This document shows positions 58,368 to 64,000 of a DNA stretch of 64,000 bases, piece after piece; position 1 is the stretch's first letter; the number at the start of each line of letters is the position of its first letter. Made by a program: the position numbers and the translations under genes. Origin of the DNA: Gemmatimonadota bacterium (GTDB lineage: Bacteria > Gemmatimonadota > Gemmatimonadetes > Palauibacterales > Palauibacteraceae); assembly GCA_965116475.1 (NCBI GenBank), contig OZ220691.1:2965484-3029483 (forward strand). Direction: 5' to 3'. Below the pieces are notes generated by a model, which did not search any database, had not been told where the DNA came from, and saw only the letters and a list, made by a program, of their open reading frames with translations.

Positions 58368-59744
58368 GTGTCAAGGTCACTCATCGTTTCTGCTTCGGGC
58401 ATCCGTGGAATCGTCGGGCGCGGGCTCACGCCCGACGTCGCGGCCCGCTACGGCGCCGCCTTCGCCGTCCGCCTCGCCGCAGCGGCCTCCGGTGGCGGGC
58501 ATGTCCTGATCGGCCGCGACAGCCGCGTCTCCGGGCCCGCGCTGCTCGACGCCGTGTCGGCGGGGGTCCGGGCCGCCGGGCTGGACGTGTGCGACCTCGG
58601 GATCGTGGCGACGCCCACGGGGCTCCTCGCCGTGGCGGAGGACGAGGCCGCGATCGGCGGACTCCTCGTGACCGCCTCCCACAACCCGGCGCCGTGGAAC
58701 GGGCTCAAGCTCGTGGCGCGCGAGGGGCGGTTTCTCTCGGCGGCCGCCGGGCGGGACGTCCAGCGAGCTTTCGAGGGAGAGATCGAGTACGTGGAGTCGT
58801 CGCGCACGGGAGCCAGAAGCGCGCGGGAAGGCGCCGGCCGCGCTCACATCGAGCGGATTCTGTCGCTGCCGATCATCGACCCCGAACTCATCGCGTCAAA
58901 GGGGTTCCACGTCGCGCTCGACTGCGTGCGCGGCGCCGGAGGGCCGATCATGCTGCCGCTGCTGGAGCGCCTCGGCTGCCGGGTGAGCGGGCTCGATCTC
59001 GAGCCCGACGGCCGTTTTCCGCGTCCTCCCGAGCCTCTGGTCGAGAACCTCGGGAAGCTCTCCGCCCGCGTCACGGAGGTGTGCGCGGACATCGGTTTCG
59101 CCGTGGACCCCGATGTCGACCGCCTTGCCCTCGTGGACGAGAACGGGCGCCCCGTGGGCGAGGACTGGACCCTCGCGCTGGCCGTCGAACTCGTCGCGGC
59201 CCGCGAGCCCGCGCCCGTCGTTACCAACCTCTCCGCGAGCCGCCTGATTCAGGACGCGGCGGATCGCACCGGCGTACCGCTGATCCGCACACCGGTGGCG
59301 GAGGCCAACGTCGTCGCCCGCATGCTCGAAGCGGGGAGTTCGATCGGGGGAGAGGGGAACGGCGGCGTCATCTATGGAGGACTGCACCTCACGCGCGACG
59401 CACCGCTGGCCGCCGCTCTGATTCTGCAGTTCCTCGCGGAGAGCGGTTCCACCCTCGGCGCCGCGGTCGACGAGCGACCTTCGTACCGGATCGTGAAACG
59501 GACGATCTCGCGCGAAGGACTGGGCATCGAGGAGGCGCTCGCCGCGGTCGCCGCCGCGGCCCCGTCCGGAGCGGTGGTGGACCGGCAGGACGGAGTCCGG
59601 CTCGAGTGGCCGGATGGGTCGTGGATTCACGCCAGACCGTCCGGGACCGAGCCGATCTTCCGCATCATGGCGGAGGCGACCCGCGAGGCACTGGCGCACG
59701 AGCGGGCCGACTGGGTCAACGCCCTGGTGCGGCGCGCGGTCTGA
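58368..59744 (+). CDS. glmM: Phosphoglucosamine mutase / phosphohexomutase
   Basis: SGIRG, TASHNP, DPDVDRL, GGEGNGG, RPSGTEP; adjacent to glmS. Confidence 0.85.
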   Translation: MSRSLIVSASGIRGIVGRGLTPDVAARYGAAFAVRLAAAASGGGHVLIGRDSRVSGPALLDAVSAGVRAAGLDVCDLGIVATPTGLLAVAEDEAAIGGLLVTASHNPAPWNGLKLVAREGRFLSAAAGRDVQRAFEGEIEYVESSRTGARSAREGAGRAHIERILSLPIIDPELIASKGFHVALDCVRGAGGPIMLPLLERLGCRVSGLDLEPDGRFPRPPEPLVENLGKLSARVTEVCADIGFAVDPDVDRLALVDENGRPVGEDWTLALAVELVAAREPAPVVTNLSASRLIQDAADRTGVPLIRTPVAEANVVARMLEAGSSIGGEGNGGVIYGGLHLTRDAPLAAALILQFLAESGSTLGAAVDERPSYRIVKRTISREGLGIEEALAAVAAAAPSGAVVDRQDGVRLEWPDGSWIHARPSGTEPIFRIMAEATREALAHERADWVNALVRRAV

Positions 59745-59752
59745 GCGGCGAG

Positions 59753-61609
59753 ATGTGCGGGATCGTCGGTTACGTCGGGGCGGAGGAGGCGGCCCCCCTC
59801 CTGCTCAACGGGCTCCGCCGCCTCGAATACCGCGGGTACGACTCCGCAGGCCTCGCCGTACATACCGGTTCGGGGCTCGATCTCCGCAAGTGCGCGGGCC
59901 GCGTTGACGACCTGGCGGACCGGATCGCCGAGGCGCCGCTTTCCGGAACGGCGGGCATCGCTCACACGCGCTGGGCGACGCACGGCGCACCCACCCCCGC
60001 CAATGCCCACCCCCTGACGGACTGCCGCGGCGAGGTGGCGCTGGTCCACAACGGCGTGATCGAGAACTGCGACGCGCTGCGAACGAAGCTCTCCGAACTC
60101 GGTCACCGCTTCACGTCGGAGACCGACACCGAGGTCGTCGCCCACCTGGTCGAGGAAGCGTTCGACGGGAACCTCGAGCGCGCCGTCGCCGCCTCGCTGA
60201 CGCAGGTGGAAGGCACGCTGGGGCTTGCCGCCATGAGCGTGCACGACCCGGCGCGGATCGTCGTGGCGCGCCGCGGCGCGCCCCTGCTGCTCGGGATCGG
60301 AGGCGCGGACGACGAAGCGATCTGGGTGGCTTCGGATGTGGCGGCGGTTCTCGAGCACACCCGCGACATCGTGTACCTGGAAGACGACGAAATGGCCGTC
60401 CTCACCTCTTCGGGGCACCGCACCGTCGACCTCGGGCGAGACCGCGGCCATGTCGGATGGGAGCCCGTCCCGAAGGAAATCCGCCGCGTCGACTGGGATC
60501 TGGAGAAGATCGAAAAGGCGGGATATCCCCACTTCATGCTCCGCGAGATTCACGAACAGCCGCACACCGTGCGCGATGCGATGCGGGGCCGGCTGCTGGC
60601 GGAGGAGGGTACGGCGCGGCTCGGCGGACTCGACGAGTTTCGCCCGGAGATCAACGCGGCCGAGCGCATCGTCCTCACGGGGTGCGGGACGAGCTGGCAT
60701 GCGGCGCTCGTCGGAGAATACCTCATCGAGGCCCTCGCGCGCCTTCCCGTCGAGGTGGAGTACGCCTCCGAGTTCCGCTACCGGGAGCCGATCCTCGCGC
60801 CGGGGACGCTGGTGGGGGGCATCTCCCAGTCCGGGGAGACCGCGGACACGCTCGCCGCCGTGCGCGAAGCCGGCCGGCTCGGGGCGCCCACCTTCGGGGT
60901 CGTCAACGTGGTGGGCTCGACGATCGCACGGGAGACGCGCGCCGGAATCTACACCCACGCCGGCCCGGAGATCGGCGTCGCGTCCACGAAGGCCTTCGTC
61001 GCGCAGGTCGTTTCACTCGCGCTCCTCGGCCTCATGATCGCAAGGCGGCGCGGGATGGGTCGCGAGGAGGGCCGCGCCTTCGTGCGCGCCCTCGACGGAC
61101 TTCCCGCTCTCATCGAAGAGGTCCTGGCAACGGAGGACCACATCCGGCAGGTGGCGAAGGAGTTCGCTCCCGCGCGCAACTTCCTCTACCTGGGGCGGGG
61201 CCCGAACTTTCCGATCGCCCTCGAGGGGGCGCTCAAGCTGAAGGAGATCTCCTACATCCACGCCGAGGGGTACCCGGCAGCCGAGATGAAGCACGGCCCG
61301 ATCGCGCTCATCGACGAAGACATGCCCGTCGTCTTCATGGCTCCGCGAGGCGCCGTCTACTCGAAGGTGCTCGTGAACATCGAGGAGGTCAAAACGCGTG
61401 GCGGCCGCGTGATCGCCCTCGTGAACCGCCGGGAAACCGAGCTCGCCCGGAAGGTGGATCACCTGATTCCGGTGCCCGCGACGCTGCCTCTCCTGCAACC
61501 GATCGTCAACGTCGTTCCGCTACAGCTTCTCGCCTACCATATCGCCGTCCTGCGGGGCTGCGACGTGGACCGTCCGCGGAACCTCGCGAAGACCGTGACC
61601 GTCGAATAG
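59753..61609 (+). CDS. glmS: Glutamine-fructose-6-phosphate transaminase
   Basis: MCGIVGY, LEYRGYDSAG, HTRWATHG, SQSGETADT, ASTKAF, PRNLAKTVTVE. Confidence 0.98.
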   Translation: MCGIVGYVGAEEAAPLLLNGLRRLEYRGYDSAGLAVHTGSGLDLRKCAGRVDDLADRIAEAPLSGTAGIAHTRWATHGAPTPANAHPLTDCRGEVALVHNGVIENCDALRTKLSELGHRFTSETDTEVVAHLVEEAFDGNLERAVAASLTQVEGTLGLAAMSVHDPARIVVARRGAPLLLGIGGADDEAIWVASDVAAVLEHTRDIVYLEDDEMAVLTSSGHRTVDLGRDRGHVGWEPVPKEIRRVDWDLEKIEKAGYPHFMLREIHEQPHTVRDAMRGRLLAEEGTARLGGLDEFRPEINAAERIVLTGCGTSWHAALVGEYLIEALARLPVEVEYASEFRYREPILAPGTLVGGISQSGETADTLAAVREAGRLGAPTFGVVNVVGSTIARETRAGIYTHAGPEIGVASTKAFVAQVVSLALLGLMIARRRGMGREEGRAFVRALDGLPALIEEVLATEDHIRQVAKEFAPARNFLYLGRGPNFPIALEGALKLKEISYIHAEGYPAAEMKHGPIALIDEDMPVVFMAPRGAVYSKVLVNIEEVKTRGGRVIALVNRRETELARKVDHLIPVPATLPLLQPIVNVVPLQLLAYHIAVLRGCDVDRPRNLAKTVTVE

Positions 61610-61763
61610 TCTCCCGCACGCGGGGGGCGCCCCCGCACGGAGCAAAGGGGTTACAGGGGGAAAGAGCCGGTGGTATGTTTTGGGCGACGCGTCCGCCGAC
61701 GGGCCGTACCCATCGCGCCGCCGGCCGGGTCGCGCGGTCCACCGGGTCCGGGATTGGAAGGGG

Positions 61764-62237
61764 ATGCCGAGCGCCTACCTCCAGGGGATGAAGGAACAGG
61801 TCGCACGCTACGCAGGCACGCTGCGTGACGTCGTCATCCTCGCGCCCGTCTACGGTTTGCTGATGTTCACCCTCATGAAGGATCCGCGCCTGACCCGGCA
61901 GCAGCGGATTCTGGTGGATGCGGCCATCGCCTACCTCGTCAGTCCGGATGACGTGATCCCGGAAGATGAGGTCGGGCCGTACGGTTTTCTGGATGATGTT
62001 TTCTGCTGTGCGTATGTGACGCACCGGATCGGAGAGGAGCTTGGCTGGGATGTGGTGGAGGAGCACTGGACCGGTGAGCGCTCGGCGCTCGAGGTTTCGA
62101 ACAATCTGCTCGCCCGCGAGCGGGAACTGCTCGGCGGGGCGGGTGACGACGTTCTCGAATTCGCGGGGCTCCTCGACCGGCGGTCGGACGCTGAAGCGGA
62201 ACGCCCCCAACTCGTCCTCACGGCAGCCGGCCCCTAG
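61764..62237 (+). CDS. YkvA/DUF1232 family protein
   Basis: AIAYLVSPDDVIPE...GFLDD; possible promoter TTACAG-17-TATGTT at 61651-61679. Confidence 0.8.
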   Translation: MPSAYLQGMKEQVARYAGTLRDVVILAPVYGLLMFTLMKDPRLTRQQRILVDAAIAYLVSPDDVIPEDEVGPYGFLDDVFCCAYVTHRIGEELGWDVVEEHWTGERSALEVSNNLLARERELLGGAGDDVLEFAGLLDRRSDAEAERPQLVLTAAGP

Positions 62238-62910
62238 CAGTCCACGGGTCGCCGGCAGCCGGCCGCGGATCGCCGCGGTCCTGGTCGTGCTCGCCGGGTT
62301 CGTCGGCGCGGAGTCGGTCGATGCCCAGTATCGCCTGACCGCCCCTTCGGGCAGTTTCGTGGAGTTCGAGGCCGATCTCCTCCTCCGCTTCCGCGACCGT
62401 TCCGACTCCCTCATGACCGATCTCGTGGAAGATCCCTTCGTGCTCTACTTCCCGTCCTTCGGGCGGGATCTTGACGAGTCCGAGGCGCGGGACGCGTGGC
62501 CATGGAATGCGGTCGAGGTGGTGACGGACTCGAGCGCCGCGCTCGTGATGCCGGGAAACCTGAGGGAGGCCGGGCGGGCGTACGAGAGCTACGCGGTCCT
62601 CCGCATGCACGCCGTCCGCCAGGATCCCGACGTGGCCTGCGAAGTGCTCGTCTCACGGGAAGTCGAGGCCGTCGACGGCTTCGTCGACGGGTGGATCGTG
62701 GCGCGACTCCTCTTCGGCGGGCCCGCGTACGAGCCGCTCGACGAACTCGCCTTCGCGCGCGAGGCCGGCGTCCTCGCCGGACTCATCCTCGACCGCTCGG
62801 ACCGCCAGCTGGGCGGTTGTCTGCAGGTCTCCCGCGAACGTCGCGCGGAGGACATCGCCGCGTACCGCGTCTGGCGAACGGAACGCTATCTCCCCCCGGG
62901 CGGGCGATGA
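62191..62910 (+). CDS. Hypothetical secreted protein (start uncertain)
   Basis: Signal-peptide-like RPRIAAVLVVLAG..VDA-Q; ATGA overlap with cysS. Confidence 0.55.
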   Translation: MKRNAPNSSSRQPAPSSPRVAGSRPRIAAVLVVLAGFVGAESVDAQYRLTAPSGSFVEFEADLLLRFRDRSDSLMTDLVEDPFVLYFPSFGRDLDESEARDAWPWNAVEVVTDSSAALVMPGNLREAGRAYESYAVLRMHAVRQDPDVACEVLVSREVEAVDGFVDGWIVARLLFGGPAYEPLDELAFAREAGVLAGLILDRSDRQLGGCLQVSRERRAEDIAAYRVWRTERYLPPGGR

Positions 62911-64000
62911 GTCTCCGACTCTACGACTCCCTTACGCGCCGGCTCCGCCCGTTCGAGCCCGTCGAACCGGGCCGGGTGCGCATGTACAACTGCGGACCCA
63001 CGGTGTACGACCGCGCGCATGTCGGGAACTTCCGCGCCTTTATTTGGGAAGACCTGCTTCGCCGCTACCTCCGGTTCAAGGGGTACGACGTCTGCCAGGT
63101 CATGAACCTGACCGATGTCGATGATCGGACGATCGCGGCGGCCACCGACCGGGGCGTCCCGCTGGCCGAGGTCACAGATCCCGTGATCGGGATGTTCCTC
63201 GAGGACTGGGAGACGCTGGGACTCGAGGAGCCCGAGCATCGGCCGCGGGCGACCCACTTCGTCGAGGGGATGATCCGGCTGATCGAAGTCCTCGCCGAGC
63301 GAGGATTGACGTACGAGAGCGATGGTTCAGTGTACTTCGCGATCGGGCGTTCCCCCGGGTACGGACGGCTGGCCGGGATCGACTCCGGGGGCCTCACGGC
63401 GACCGGCAGGGCCCAGGGGGATGAGGAGTACGACAAGGATGATCCGAGAGATTTCGTCCTCTGGAAGGGCGGCGACCGCGGCGCGGATGGCTCCGTGGCC
63501 GTGTGGGATTCTCCGTGGGGACCCGGCCGGCCGGGCTGGCACCTCGAGTGCTCGGCGATGGCGATGCACCACCTGGGCGAAACGCTGGACATCCATACCG
63601 GAGGGGTCGACAACCTCTTCCCGCATCACACCAACGAGATCGCCCAGTCGGAAGGGGTGACGGGGAAGAAGTTCTCGGAGTTCTGGCTTCACGCCGAGCA
63701 CCTTCTGGTGGAAGGCCGGAAGATGTCGAAGTCGCTCGGCAACTGCTTCACGATCCCGGAACTGGTCGAACGCGGACACGCGCCATCGGCGATCCGGTAC
63801 CTGCTGCTCAGCGGACACTATCGGACCCAGCTGAATTTCACGTTCGACGGCCTGGAGGCGGCGGCCAAGGCCGTGACCCGCCTGCACGAGTTCAGGAACC
63901 GCGCGCGCGACGCCGGCGAGGCCGAGATTGACGCATCGACGGACGTCGGCGAGGTGGCGGCCCGAGCGCTCGCCGCGTTCGAAGCGGCGATGGACGACGA
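62907..64000 (+). CDS. cysS: Cysteine-tRNA ligase (3'-truncated by window)
   Basis: Translated by hand: MSLRLYDSLT, CGPTVY..AHVGN, DFVLWK, GRPGWHLECSAM, FPHH.NE, KMSKSLGN. Confidence 0.96.
   Translation, partial: MSLRLYDSLTRRLRPFEPVEPGRVRMYNCGPTVYDRAHVGNFRAFIWEDLLRRYLRFKGYDVCQVMNLTDVDDRTIAAATDRGVPLAEVTDPVIGMFLEDWETLGLEEPEHRPRATHFVEGMIRLIEVLAERGLTYESDGSVYFAIGRSPGYGRLAGIDSGGLTATGRAQGDEEYDKDDPRDFVLWKGGDRGADGSVAVWDSPWGPGRPGWHLECSAMAMHHLGETLDIHTGGVDNLFPHHTNEIAQSEGVTGKKFSEFWLHAEHLLVEGRKMSKSLGNCFTIPELVERGHAPSAIRYLLLSGHYRTQLNFTFDGLEAAAKAVTRLHEFRNRARDAGEAEIDASTDVGEVAARALAAFEAAMDD

Noticed and set aside
1-64000. CRISPR array, tRNA/rRNA, IS, integrase or prophage
   Set aside because: No regularly spaced repeats, cloverleaf signatures or mobile-element ORFs recognised by eye; intergenic gaps are short.

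Overview
Dense, very GC-rich (roughly 70% by eye) bacterial chromosomal window with about 55 CDS. No tRNA, rRNA, CRISPR array, transposase or integrase was seen. The gene families (TonB-plug/carboxypeptidase-regulatory protein, ECF/zf-HC2/bactofilin-like cassette, several small conserved hypotheticals) suggest Gemmatimonadota; this is inference. Main blocks: (1) 1-9561, a catabolic cluster of a Mo-hydroxylase (L and M subunits), MatB-like CoA ligase, cyclase, serine hydrolase, amidase and YgeY-like M20 hydrolase; (2) SSS transporter, MBL hydrolase and secreted proteins; (3) metal/Fe-S and housekeeping genes (DtxR/MntR, cobB, IscA-type carrier, coaE, NrnA-like, Fur, speB); (4) a peptidoglycan-recycling operon, murQ(+DinB-like domain)-anmK-nagZ-SSS; (5) class II RNR nrdJ with a clear promoter, two NrdR boxes and DnaA-box-like repeats; (6) ispG, rpsU, pyk, lepA; (7) ROK, PfkB-like, STAS/HATPase and STAS/wHTH genes, then penicillin acylase, NifU and Mrp; (8) ECF sigma cassette, mutM, purD, M48 peptidase, trans-sulfuration enzyme; (9) glmM-glmS, YkvA, partial cysS. 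The best candidates for something new are a kinase/STAS-wHTH partner-switch module tied to sugar kinases, a MurQ-DinB fusion, a possible non-canonical oxidative pyrimidine/heterocycle pathway, CTG starts in CTGA overlaps, and structured leaders before nrdJ and the pyk operon. All calls come from reading motifs by eye; no searches were run.
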